The notes under the pieces are model-generated. The model saw nothing but the letters and a program-made list of their open reading frames with translations. It was not told where the DNA came from and did no database searches. Shown here in pieces: positions 1 through 12,110 of a stretch of 64,000 nucleotides of DNA (positions are counted from its first letter, which is position 1; each line of letters starts with the position of its first letter). Where the stretch lies: IMG/VR virus record IMGVR_UViG_3300005265_000018; one strand, given 5' to 3'. Made by a program: the position numbers and the translations under genes. The DNA is from an uncultured virus (IMG/VR IMGVR_UViG_3300005265_000018) (taxonomy: Duplodnaviria; Heunggongvirae; Uroviricota; Caudoviricetes).

Positions 1-152
1 CAAAACGAATTTAATTATATAAGTCCCGCAGATTTAGAAAGTATAATGGAAAGTTTAGATGACGCAGATTATTTATCTAATAAAGGTAAAAAGTTTAGAT
101 ATGCCTTTTGGGAACTTTTTATTAAAAAAATTAAATAAAATTTATGAAAAAA
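1..152. repeat. Inverted repeat, copy 1 (partner at 5876-6027)
   Basis: Positions 1-152 match the reverse complement of 5876-6027 with one mismatch; the copy is cut by the window edge. Confidence 0.95.
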
Positions 153-2109
153 AGAGCGGAAATAAACACTAAAATTATTTTATTATTTTTGGAAAAGTTA
201 GAAAAGCTAACTAATAAAGTATGAAAGAAAAGAAAACAATAAAGGAGATAGCGAGAAAAGTTGAAGCCAAGTTTCAAATGGGTGGATTATCTGATGGTTT
301 ATATTTTGATTTTGCAAAAGAGGTTGCTCTATATTATAGTAGAGAACAATACCAAGCAGGAGCAGAGAGTGAAAGAAAAAGGATATTAAAGGCATTAAAG
401 TCAAGGGAAATTTCGCCTGGTGTAACGAATGGAAAATCTCAATTTACAGCCGAAGATGTTTATAATATTATCAACCAAAAAAACTAACTAAACTTATGAA
501 AAAAGAAAAAGAAAATATAATTAAATTCGAAGTAAATTCTCGTTTAGATAGAGATGGATTGGTGACGATTTTAACTAATAATGGATATAAGGTTTGGGTA
601 GAAAGAAAAGAGTGGGGATGGAGTGAAATATATTATGTTTATGTGGAAATTAAATAAAACTATGAAAAAAGAAAAGAAAATAAATAAAGAGATAGTTAAA
701 GAATTTATAGAAAAAGGGGCAGACCTTGAACACGACCGTTGGGCGAGATGGCAAAAGTATGTTCATTCTCTTTGTAAGAAAAATAAAGATGGGAGTTTAA
801 CGATTCCCAAAGAAAGGGTTGAGCGGTGGGAAAAAGAAATTGCTACACCTTATTCAGAATTAACAGAAGAGTTAAAAGAATACGATAGAAAAGAAACAAG
901 AAATTATATTCCGTTATTAGAAAAAGCTCTCTCCCAACAAAAAAAAGAAATAAAACAAGACCTCCAAACCGTTATTACTCTACTTGAAGGCACTACTGAC
1001 AGACAGAAAATAGCGAATTTTATTAAAGAATATTTATTAACTAAATAAACTTATGAAAAAAAAAGAAACCAAAAAAGTATTTTTATCAAATGGTGAAGAA
1101 GCAGAATTATTAACCCAATATCAGGACGGTAATATGACTGAATATGTGGTTAAGGTTGTTATCGGTGAAAATAATTATTTTGAAGGAGAAAATGAATTGG
1201 TCTATGAGAATAGAATTGTTTCAAGCGTATACGACAACTATGAAGATATACCAAAATTTTTAAGAAAAACAGAATTAGAGAATAAAGTTGAAGAACTCAA
1301 TAAAAACATTCAAGAATTAAACGAACAGAAGAGTAAAATAACCAAAGAGTTGAAATCAGTTTATAATCCTAAATATCCTATAGGAACTCCAATTTTTTAC
1401 ACTCAATGGGGAAGCGGAGTTGAAGAATTAGAAATTGTTAGAATAGAATTTACAGAACGGGAAGATGAAAGTTTTTATTATTATTATTGCAATAAAGAAT
1501 ATAGAAGTTTTGGGGATGTTGGTGATTATTATTTTCTTACAAAAGAAGAAGCGGAAAAAGCACGGCAAAAGTATATTCAGGAAGAAGAAGAGAAAGAGAA
1601 AAAACAAATTATAGAGAATTACAAAAAAGCAAAAGAAGAATATAAGAAAAATTCAATGCTAACCTCTTGGCAATGTTAGTGAGTGTAGCCAACCCCCAAA
1701 AGTGCTGTTAATTACCCAAAAAACTAAATAAACTTATGAATAATGAACCAACAACTATATTTAATTTTAGAGGACTTGAGCAAGGATGGATAGTTAAGGT
1801 TTTGGAGGGAAAGGGAACAGAAGAGAGTGTAATGCGGATAGTTTATTATGTTTATTCTAAAAATGGAAAGCCAATTGGTAAAATTGATTTAATACATCCG
1901 CAACAAAAATTTAATAACTAAATAAACCCATAAAAAAAATAAAACAATCAAATTTATCAAACAGTAAAGAATAAATGGTTTAGCGTGGGAAATCGTAGAT
2001 TTAATTATTTTTCCTAATCCTGTTAAAAAAGATATAGAAGATTTGAAAGATGGTTTAGTGCAAGTAATAGAGCAATTAAGACAACCAAATCAAATTTTTA
2101 AATAAAACT

Positions 2110-2523
2110 ATGAAGAAACAAAAGAAAATTAAATCAAGAATAGTTTTTCACGGAACACACAAAAAGGAAATTGCGGATAAAATAATGAAAGAAGGATTTG
2201 CAAAAGGGACATATTTTGCAAAACATCTTGAAGACGCTATTTGTTTCGGTGGAAAATATGTTTTTTATGTCGTTTTAGAAGTTTACAATAATAATTGGCA
2301 ATTTGTTTGTAAAAGGAAAATACCGCCAACAAGAATACGGCAGTTAGTCAATTTTGGTCCGAAAGAAATTTATTATAATGAAAAAGCGGGAAACAAATTT
2401 TTTCCAAAAAGCAAGAAAATTCCTTGTAGCAATTGCGGAACAGATATAAGCAATGTGAGATTGTCAATTTTAGGAAAACCAGTTATAGCGAGGTGTCCTA
2501 ACTGTGGAAAGAGATTTAATTAA
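2110..2523 (+). CDS. Putative ADP-ribosyltransferase-fold protein with C-terminal Zn ribbon
   Basis: VFHGT...IMKEGF..GTYFA (HGT plus GxYF, as in PARP/ART folds); CxxC...CxxC at the C-terminus. Confidence 0.45.
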   Translation: MKKQKKIKSRIVFHGTHKKEIADKIMKEGFAKGTYFAKHLEDAICFGGKYVFYVVLEVYNNNWQFVCKRKIPPTRIRQLVNFGPKEIYYNEKAGNKFFPKSKKIPCSNCGTDISNVRLSILGKPVIARCPNCGKRFN

Positions 2524-4215
2524 AAGTTAACTAAACCTATGAAAAAAGAAAAAGAAATAAATAGAAAGATAATAGATAACTTAATAAATTCTCCAATTAA
2601 AGATGTTCATTATGAGCATACATATTCTACTCAAAAATCAAAGCCCTTAACTTTAGCTGAATTAAAAAAGGTAGCAGATAAGATTACCGTTGGTTCAACT
2701 GGTAAAGGAAAGAAGAAAGGACTTTTTGAAAGATTTATGAATAAATTAGGATGGTATCGTTTAAGTGAATGGTATATTTTAGATAGTAGTAAATTTTATC
2801 CACCGTGGGGCCATTTGAATAAACAATCAACAATTAAACCAACCTAAATAACTAACTAAAGAAAAATGAAAATAGGGAAAATTGAAAGAAAATTAAACAA
2901 ATGGCAGTTTGAAATTGGACTTATCAGAGCGTGGGAATTTTTACCGAAAGCGTGGCGATTTAAACTTGCGATAGTAAAAATAACAAAATTTCCTAATGAA
3001 AATGAAATGCCAAAAAAAGAAAAGCATTACAAAGGAATTTTTTGGCAAAGTAGAACTATTTGGCATCCCTTAACTTTACTTAAAAGATTTTTGGATAAAT
3101 TAGGAGATTGACTTTATGTCCAAAAACTAACTAAAACTATGAAAAAACAAAAACTTAAAATGCCCAAAACATCAAAAGAACTTCAAAGTTTAATCATTTG
3201 GGCAAAATCAGAGATAGATGAGTATAAAAAATTCATTAAAATTTGTGAAAAAAATTAAGAAATTATGATAGAAGAAAAATTTAAAACACGATTTCCTAAA
3301 GATCAATATGCGGAATTTTATATTGGTAAAAACTTTGAGTATTTAATTGATTTTTTTAATCAAGCCATAAAGGCTGAAAGAAAACGGATAAGTAAAATAG
3401 TAGAAGATAGTTCTTTAGCTATTTATGAAGATGATTTATATCGGGTTCTTAAATTAATCAATAAAAAATGAATTGTTTATTGAAGATGGGCGGCGAGTAT
3501 TCTAATGGTTTTATTTATAGGATGATGGAAAATAATTAATACTCATTAAATTTATATGGCGATAACATTTTTTAATAATTGGAAGACTTTAAAGGAGTGG
3601 CACTTAATAGAGATAAGTTTTTCTGTGTGGACTGATAATATTGACGGCGTTAATCAGTTTGGAATACTATTGGCATTTTTTGGTTTTGGGGTGTGTATTG
3701 TTTTTAATATTTAAAAAATAAATTTATGAAAAAACCACAAACACAATTTGAACGTCATCAAGTAAAAGTTGAAGGATTAACTTTTGCCGATATAAATGAA
3801 TGTTATTATCTTGCAATAATGGATAGTGCGGATGATGACATAGCGAGAAAAGCAATGGCTAAATGGGAAAAAACAAAAGAAATTAATCCGAATTTTGTTT
3901 ATAAATTAAATTGGGAACACATAGACCCGATAGCAATAAGGCAAAATCTTGATTGTTGGATTGAAAGAAAAATGGAAATATTTCCGAATATAACCCCATT
4001 GAAAGTAAAAGAAATAATCAATAAAAAATAAATATGTTAGTAAGAATAATTGAAATATTAATTGTGATTACTATAGCAGGAATACTGTTGGCTATTGTGA
4101 TTGAAGCTCAAGCCATTATAATGACTGCTTCGGTTCAAGAAACTAAAGAAAATTGTTTAACAACCTGTTATCAAGAGTGTAGAAATTACTGTGATAATAA
4201 ATATGGAAAATAATT

Positions 4216-4575
4216 ATGAAAACAACCAAAAAACAATTTGAATTATTTAAAAAAGAGTGCCGGAAATGGATAGACAGGTTTGAATTAAATGGTTGGGAGA
4301 TAAATTTTACTCATCAATAATATAATAAAGATACTTACGCAAGTTGTTTTACGCAACTTAATGGCAGAGTGGCTACCATATACTTTACGGATGAGTGGAA
4401 TGATGAGATTAGAAAATTAACCCCTAATAATATCATCAAGAGAAGTGTTAAACACGAAATAATACATCTTTTATTGGCAAAACTATCGGATAATGGCGGG
4501 GCAAGGTATGTAATGATAGACGAAATGGATGAAGCTGAAGAAGAGCTGGTAAGAAAGCTTGAAAAACTTCTTTGA
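4216..4575 (+). pseudogene. HExxH metallopeptidase-like gene with an in-frame TAA at 4318-4320
   Basis: ATG at 4216 is in frame with ORF 4369-4575 (KHEIIH); one internal stop. Confidence 0.65.
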
Positions 4576-4628
4576 ATATTTAAGGGTAAAAATTACTATA
4601 GAAATATTTAAAGGAAAAATTAGTTAAT

Positions 4629-4674
4629 AAAAAAAATACCCCTAATTCATTTATTGTAAAAGAGGTATTTTTTT
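4629..4674. terminator. Probable bidirectional terminator between the convergent arrays
   Basis: A-run + ATACCCCT...AGAGGTAT + T-run at the strand convergence point; the loop is large. Confidence 0.55.
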
Positions 4675-4960
4675 ATACTTATTTATTTAACTGATCAGCA
4701 ATTTTTTTTGCATCCATAGCTATATTGGATGAATGAAATTTTTGTTTAGGTATATCAATTCCAACTTTTCTTAATCTATATTTATAGGAAGCGATTATTT
4801 GAGGAGTAACATTAAATTCTTTCCCCAATTTTTGGTTGGTTAAATGAGCATTTTTAATTAAATACTCCAGTTGGGCATTGTTGAGCAATCTTTTATATCT
4901 CATAATTTTATTTCCCCTAATTGTAATATTTGTTGTGGTAAAGTTCCCACGAGTTTTAAT

Positions 4961-5449
4961 TTAATTATTAATTATAAAAAATTCCACTTCTCTCCTACCC
5001 CACTTCATTGCCTCGTTTTTAAATTCTTTTGGTAATGCCCAATCAACATAAATAGTATTACCGCCGGAGTACCTGCTATTCATTCTATCTTCCACCACAC
5101 ACACCCCCAAGCCATTAAAGTTTAATTTCGTGCCGATAGAAAAATAATTAGAAGCACAAACATTAATCCCCCGTTTAATTAATTTACATAAATCCTTATT
5201 ACTCGCTCCAATACAAGGACTATCATCGGTTTGGGAGGGATCACCCACATTATACATAGAAACTAAAGCGGTATAGGTTTTTACCTTTGTTTTTGTTGTT
5301 ATTTTACGTTGTATGGTAATTTCTGGAGGTAAATGGGTAATATCACCTAAAAGGGCAAAAAAGCTCTGTATGGCCAAAAATGGCGTTCCTATGGCATAAA
5401 GAATAATGGACAAGCAAAGAATTTTTTTTATTTTCGTTTTTATTTTCAT
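4961..5449 (-). CDS. Membrane-anchored 3D/RlpA-like domain protein
   Basis: N-terminal TM segment; YN...QTDDSPCIGAS, CASN...GTK, VEDRM, VDW, AMKWGRR motifs. Confidence 0.7.
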   Translation of the reverse strand: MKIKTKIKKILCLSIILYAIGTPFLAIQSFFALLGDITHLPPEITIQRKITTKTKVKTYTALVSMYNVGDPSQTDDSPCIGASNKDLCKLIKRGINVCASNYFSIGTKLNFNGLGVCVVEDRMNSRYSGGNTIYVDWALPKEFKNEAMKWGRREVEFFIINN

Positions 5450-5461
5450 AAATTTATTTAT

Positions 5462-5884
5462 TTACTCTTTATCTTCTTTGGTGGAGGTGATAATATTATA
5501 AACATCTTCAGCAGTAAATTGAGATTTTCCATTCATTACACCAGGTGAAATTTCTTTTGATTTTAATGCTTCTAATATCCTTTCTTTCTCATCTTTTATT
5601 TTCTCCCGATAAGCTTCCCTTGCTTTCCAAGGGTTATGCAATGACAGCCAATTTACCCAATAAAGAAAACGGTCAATATCATCGTCGCTGTTTTTCCACT
5701 GTTCTGCCGTCCATTCTTTTCTTTTTAGGTCTTCAGAATACTCCGTTTCAGAATACTCTGTTTTTAATTCTAATCCACAATAAGGGCATACTAATTTTGT
5801 AGGTCTGGTTTCCATTATTTTACCACAACGAGGACAAATATAATCTCCTTTATTTGTTTTTTTGGTTTCCTTTTCTTTTTTCAT
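5462..5884 (-). CDS. Zn-ribbon hypothetical protein sharing its C-terminal module with ORF 221-487
   Basis: CPRC..CPYC; RILEALKSKEISPGVMNGKSQFTAEDVYNII. Confidence 0.7.
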   Translation of the reverse strand: MKKEKETKKTNKGDYICPRCGKIMETRPTKLVCPYCGLELKTEYSETEYSEDLKRKEWTAEQWKNSDDDIDRFLYWVNWLSLHNPWKAREAYREKIKDEKERILEALKSKEISPGVMNGKSQFTAEDVYNIITSTKEDKE

Positions 5885-6027
5885 AAATTTTATTTAATTT
5901 TTTTAATAAAAAGTTCCCAAAAAGCATATCTAAACTTTTTACCTTTATTAGATAAATAATCTGCGTCATCTAAACTTTCCATTATACTTTCTAAATCTGC
6001 GGGACTTATATAATTAAATTCGTTTTG
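5876..6027. repeat. Inverted repeat, copy 2 (partner at 1-152)
   Basis: Direct sequence comparison. Confidence 0.95.
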
Positions 6028-6496
6028 CCTAATAATTTTATTTAAAAATTAGATAAATTATATAACCAAACACTTAAGTTAATTCTTATTTTAGCCCCTA
6101 TGTTATATTGTTTAAATTTGGGATGTTTTCTAACTTCTGCTATTAAGTCTATATCATTTTTTATAAATTTATTCAGAGGACATAAAACCAAACACATCAA
6201 TATCAATTCCCGCATTATTAATTTCAAATAACCCCTCTATTTCTTTGTTAGATAATTTTTTTTTAAAATTTGTTCTTGCCCCATAATCATTTTTAATCAT
6301 TTTTTGTAGCCATATCTTAACATAGTCGGGTATTTCGTAATAATTTAAATGTATGGTTTTGAATTCCATAATTTTGTTTTACTTATTAATTTTTTTATTA
6401 GCGTATTTATAACCTTGCCAAATTAAAAATCCCGCATATTTGGCCCTGTAAAAATCACTTTTGAGAGAAAGGTTAATTTTTTCCATAATTTTATAT

Positions 6497-6874
6497 TTAT
6501 AAATAATTTTTACTTATATAATTTTTAATAGCTGGAGAGTGATAATCTAAATATTTTATATGGGTTTGATATTTCATATACATATCCGCCATTAATTCGT
6601 AAATTCCACCAGGTAATTTTCTATAATTATTCCAAAATTTTGACTCTTTGCATAGTTTTGCAAATTCAGAATCGTTATAAGTTAAGGCGTGGCCTATTTC
6701 GTGATAAACAGTTCGTCTAAAATTGTCTGTGTTTATGTTGATTATTATTTGTTTGGTTTCGTATAAAAAACAACCATTCATTTGCCTCCCGCAATAGGGG
6801 GTGGGGTTGGCGGTTAGCATAAAGACAAGCCCTAAACTGTAAAGATGTTGCAGTACCATATATTTTATATCCAT
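6497..6874 (-). CDS. HExxH zinc metallopeptidase-like protein
   Basis: TVYHEIGHAL and downstream ELMAD. Confidence 0.6.
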   Translation of the reverse strand: MDIKYMVLQHLYSLGLVFMLTANPTPYCGRQMNGCFLYETKQIIININTDNFRRTVYHEIGHALTYNDSEFAKLCKESKFWNNYRKLPGGIYELMADMYMKYQTHIKYLDYHSPAIKNYISKNYL

Positions 6875-8257
6875 TCATTTAAATATTCGCCGCAATCTTC
6901 ACAAAATATAGCAGTTTCATCTTCATTAATAAAATAATCTGCCAAATCACTATCCTCCTGCTCCATTAATTTATTCCAACCCTGTGGTATATTATAACGG
7001 CTTTTGCGAGTAATAATAATGTGTTTATGTTTACATTTTTTCATTTATTTAATTTAATAATTATGTAATTTCTATTTTATAAGCCCTTACATCGTCTTCT
7101 TTCGCATAAAATTCTCCATTAATTTCGTCAATTTTTTGCTTTTCATTTAGACTATGTTCGTTTAAATAATTAATGATAGCGGTTTTAGGATCAAAACTTA
7201 TACTAACTTTATACCACCCCCAAGCATTATCATCATTTAAAAATTCTACCATTGTTGCCTTAAATGAATTACCCACATAATTTTATGGTTAAAAATTAAA
7301 TATTTTCAAATCTTAAATCGTATAAAAAAGCATTAATATTTTGCCATAATATTTCCGTATCATTTATTTTTTCCAATTCTTCCATTTGTTGCAAACTTAA
7401 GTCATCAACAGTTCCAATAGGATTAACCGCACCCAATAACATTCTTTTTTCCTTTGTTGGCTCTTTTTCCCTATACCATTTTTTCAATAATTTTTTTTGT
7501 TTGATTGTTAAATTTCTCATATATTATTTTTTATATAATTTTAAAATATTTTGATCAAAATTCATGCACCAACTATTTAAATAATCAATTTCTTCCACTA
7601 ATTCTTTTTCCTGTTTAGTGCCAAAAGGATTATAGCCATATTTTTTTTTCAATTCTTTAATTTCTTTTTGGCCAAAATTTTCGTAAATTCCATTTTTCAA
7701 TGCTTTTTGTGCCATTTTATTTTTAAAATTTGTAAGTGTTAATGTAATTTTCATATCAATTTAGGGGTTATACTTTTATTAGCTTCATTTACTCTTTTTT
7801 TTGCTTCATCATAAAATAAATTAAAATTTATCATTGTCAGGCCGATCATCTGTTCTTTATTATAATTATATACTTTACCTCATTGACAAAACATATTAAT
7901 TTTAGCTTATTATTTTTTATAACTTCAAATTCTTTCATATATACAATAAAACATTAATTTTAAATCTTTTTCCCCCATATCCTGGTTGTGCATTCCACCT
8001 GGCAATAAGTCATCACTATCTATTAATTTAATTTCTAAATCATTATATAGTTTACCAACTTTGTCCTTAAATATAAAATTAGTATTAATTTTATCGCCAT
8101 AATCCCAGTGAGTAATAACAATAATTTTATTGTTTAGGTTATAACATTCTATCGGATGACTAAATTTATTCCAAGTACTTTTAGTTTGTGGATCGTTATT
8201 AATGAATATAAGTTTTGGTTCTTTGGCTTTATTCATAAATTAATCTTTTTAATTATA

Positions 8258-8286
8258 ATTATATACCTATTTTAAAAAAATGTCAA
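8258..8286 (-). promoter_or_regulatory. Consensus sigma70 promoter
   Basis: TTGACA-17 nt-TATAAT on the minus strand; identical to 12503-12531. Confidence 0.85.
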
Positions 8287-11049
8287 TAGTTAATCTTATT
8301 TAATTACTAATATTAAATAAAATAAATTATTTAATTTTTAATTTTTTTTAATTTAGCTCTTTTTAATTTATTACCAGTAATCGGAAAAATATCGCCAGTA
8401 GTAATGTTTTTAATATTATACCAATTTGACAAATTTATTTTAAAGGGCATGTTATAATCCTTGGTTGGTGTGGTTGGGCCATAATTTTTTATGATCTGTA
8501 TTTTGTGTCCAGTTTTTGACATTAAATAAATTTCGTTTTTTTTAAACATAGTTTAAGTAAATTTATTTAATTATTTATTTAGTTTCTACATTAATATTCA
8601 TTTCTTCTAATCGTGGCATAATCTCCCTATATTCTTCCATTGCTTTATCTTCGGCAAATTCCTCGTTTTCGGCCTCTACTTTTATATTATAACTAAAAAT
8701 TACATTATAAATTTTCATTTTATCTAATTTAATAATAAGATTGATTGTTTTTAATTTTATTGGCAATATTAAAAGCCTCTTTTTTAGTTAAGTTATTATG
8801 AGCGTATAAATTTTGTATTATTACAGAGTATTTATTTTTATTAAAAAAATCAGGATAAATTTCAATATTGTGTTTAGCGGTTAAAATTCCTATAATCATA
8901 TTATTTAATTTAATAATAAAATTTTATATTTTTATTTTTATTATTTTCCAGTCAAAATTTTCAATTGCCCGTTTAGCTTCCTTTATTTTTTCTTGTTTTA
9001 ATAATTTTTTTTCTATATCCATATTACAATCGTTTTCATGATAACTAATTAATTGCTCTATTGCCTCCTTAAGCGTTTTAAATTTTATCGGTCTATATCC
9101 GCCAAAAAATTTATTATCATCAAATTGTAAATCTTTTATTATATACATTTTATTCAATTTAATAATTAAAATATTATATATTTCATATTACTTTCGTATT
9201 CTATTAGACCAATAATATATTTATCTTTTTTCGTCAATTTTGATATTTTAGTATTATCAGGACAATTATAAACAGTATAATTTGTCTTAAAATCATGGGG
9301 CAAATAATTTTCAGTAAAACAACCACCGGCCAATTCACCCAATTTGTGCTTTTTTGCATAGGTTCGTGCTTTTAATTCTGCGGTAAATCTGTCATTGTTA
9401 AATACTTTTACTTTAATCACTCCAAAATATTCCTCTCCCTTAATCATTTTACTGCTCTTTAAATAAAGATAGTTGTAAAAAGTTTTTTTCATATAATTTT
9501 ATTTAATAATTATTTAATAATTTATTTTTGTTACTTCATCTTCAAACAGAAAAGATTGTTCACTCACTGATAATGTATATTTACCTTTTTCTATTCGTTT
9601 TATCGGATTAATAGTTTCTTCTGTTATTTTTTTGCCGTTTTTTTCATAGGCGTTAACCTCATAAACTTCTAAATTTACATAGTTGGTATTTTCCACCCCA
9701 AATTGTAAATAATCCCGTAATGGCTCCTTTTCAATTTTCTTTAACCCCTTTTTATCAGTAGTAATATTAATATTTTTAAAACCAGTGCCACCACCCCAGA
9801 AAGTAACGGTGTAAAATCCAATTAATTTATAAGTTAGCATAGTTTTATATTTAAAAATTAAATAAATTATTTATATTATGGAGGGATATTTATTTATTAC
9901 CCCTATTGTTGGCCATATTGTTTTATATTATAAATTATTCTTTTACATTAAAATCAAAATACACAAACATTTCCAACACCCCCTTAATCACATCAAAATC
10001 TTCTCCAACCATTTCTTTTTCAAACCCTTCAAACCATGGCAAAAATACATATAAAATACTTTCAATTTCACCATTATCATTTACTCCAACAATAAATTCA
10101 TCTCCAGGCCCGCCTGTGGATATCTGCAATTGATAAGTAATAATCCCTGTTTGAAAATTTTGGCTTTGCTTTTCAACGCTTAAAAATTCACTTTCATTAA
10201 AATATTGTCGCAACTTTTCTAAATCATTAAAATCATTATAGCCAGTCTCCGCCTCTATTTCCCTTTTAGTTTTTTTGTCCAATTCGCCCTTTTCATTAAA
10301 TTCATCTATTACCCTTTTATATAATCGGTATCTTTCCAATGTAGTTTTTAAATACCTTTCAAATTCTTTTTTATTTTTCTCTTTTTGGCTTGTAAGCATA
10401 AATTTATTATTTAATTATTAAAAAATATTTTTATTCCCATCCTATTTAATATTTATCTGTTTATAGCAATTTTATTAATTTAACAATAAAATGCTATTTT
10501 TAGCTAAAAAATGAAGCCACACAAGCCATTTTAAGCATTTTAAAGGTGTTACCATACCGCTAATTTAAATTAATTTTATCCCCGCCCATTAAATAACGAT
10601 CGGTAATGTTTCATTATACAAGTAAAACCGCAAGCAGTGCAACTAAACCACCATGTAAAATCTACAAAATATTTATAGCCTTGCCTTTGTCCGCATTTTG
10701 GACACAACATATAATTAAATTAATTTTGCCTTTCTAATTCTGCAATATTCACGCCATAACTCCCTTACCTCAAAATATTTGCCGCTATCTTTATTATAAA
10801 GCCTTAACCCCTCATTACTCATATTATAATTTGAAAAATTAATTAAATACCATTTATCATGTATTTTATCAAGCCTGTGCCTAATATTGTTTAGTGCCTG
10901 TATTTTAGCCGCCATAATAGGCAATTTTTCAATGTTTTTTAACTCCGTTTTGGTCATTTTATTATTTAATAATTAATTATCTCACTTTAGCCAGTAATAA
11001 ATACTTTAGTATAACTTGATTACTTATTAACTGGCTACTTGTTAGACAA

Positions 11050-11112
11050 CTAACCGCTAACTGATAAGACGGCAATTATTAAAGCCACTAAAAGAATAGT
11101 TAAAGCGTGCAT
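11050..11112 (-). CDS. 20-aa hydrophobic peptide MHALTILLVALIIAVLSVSG
   Basis: Manual translation; leader AAACAGCTAACTTAT-ATG resembles other genes; paralogue at 11208-11267. Confidence 0.55.
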   Translation of the reverse strand: MHALTILLVALIIAVLSVSG

Positions 11113-11207
11113 ATAAGTTAGCTGTTTAAATTTGTAACGTGGCGGTTAAAAGTTACGCCTTAGCCTGTAATAAATACTTTGGTATAACATGGTTACTTAT
11201 TAACCAG

Positions 11208-11267
11208 CTACTTGTCAGATAAGACGGCAACTAATAAAGCCACTAAAAAAATAGCTAAAACGTGCAT
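11208..11267 (-). CDS. 19-aa hydrophobic peptide MHVLAIFLVALLVAVLSDK
   Basis: Manual translation; mostly conservative differences from the 11050-11112 copy. Confidence 0.55.
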   Translation of the reverse strand: MHVLAIFLVALLVAVLSDK

Positions 11268-11420
11268 ATAAGTTAACTGTTTAAATTTGTAGCGTGGCGG
11301 TTCAAAGTTACGCCAGCTTAAATTTAAATTATAATTATACATTTTATTTATATAACGGGATGCTTGCCTATTGCTACAAGTGTTTAATCAAGAGCGGATA
11401 TTCCTTGACCCCCGTTATTT

Positions 11421-12110
11421 ATTAATTACGCTATAACCTGCTACCACTTACTCACCCTTGCAGGAGTAAGTGATAACAGGGCAAGGGTAATTAATTACTA
11501 AAAGACTTTTTCTAATTCCTTAATATAAGTCTCGCGAGTTTTAAAAAGATGCTTAAAACTAAAAAGCGGTGCAGGTGCGAAGCCAATCTCTTTATAACAT
11601 TTTATCCTAAACTCTTCAATAGTTTTGCAGTTTTTGGTGGTCATTTTTACCGCGTCAAAATTGCAAAATAACCACTTGTAACCCTCCTTGTCTTTTTTAT
11701 CCATTTTTAGGTTATCTATTCGTTTATAATAAGTCATAAATATCACTCCCTCTCTATTTATTAATTACGCTATAACCTGCTACCATTTACCCACCTTTAC
11801 AGGAGTAAGTGATAACAGGGCAAGGGCAACTAATTTTTTTCCAAATATCCGTATCGTAAAGTGATAAAATCCCCGAAAAGTCTTTCCATGTGTGCTAATA
11901 CATATTCAGGACTTGAGTAACCACTACTTTCTAAAAGCTGGATAGCCTCTTCTTCTGTAATTTCTTCTCTATAAATCATTAAATTGTCATTATTTTTTGG
12001 TGTGTAAAATAATCGCATATTTCTCACCCCCTAACTATTTATTAATTATACTATAACCTACTACCACTTGTCTATTTCTACAATGGTAAGTGATAGCAGG
12101 GCAAGGGCAA
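11421..12110 (-). repeat. Three 70-nt intergenic hairpin repeats (11421-11490, 11760-11829, 12041-12110)
   Basis: Minus strand CCTGYTATCACTTAC...AARTGGTAGYAGG stem with G-U pairs; each copy follows a stop codon. Confidence 0.9.

Larger units (their letters stand above)
1..4575 (+). other. Array of small hypothetical phage genes (221-487, 496-657, 662-1048, 1053-1679, 1736-1921, 2110-2523, 2539-2847, 2866-3111, 3265-3471, 3726-4031 and others)
   Basis: Tightly packed co-oriented short ORFs with a shared A-rich leader (AACTAAA..AACYTATG) and MKKEK-like N-termini. Confidence 0.75.
10987..11314 (-). repeat. Tandem duplication (10987-11159, 11160-11314), each unit a micro-ORF plus hairpins
   Basis: Two diverged copies that differ by an ~18-nt indel. 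Confidence 0.9.

Noticed and set aside
11289..11316. GGTTCAAA hairpin as a tRNA T-arm
   Set aside because: No cloverleaf can be built; no tRNA or rRNA gene was recognised in the window
11421..12110. 70-nt repeats as CRISPR repeats or integron attC sites
   Set aside because: The intervals are whole genes of 210-270 nt; no RYYYAAC/GTTRRRY ends and no integrase
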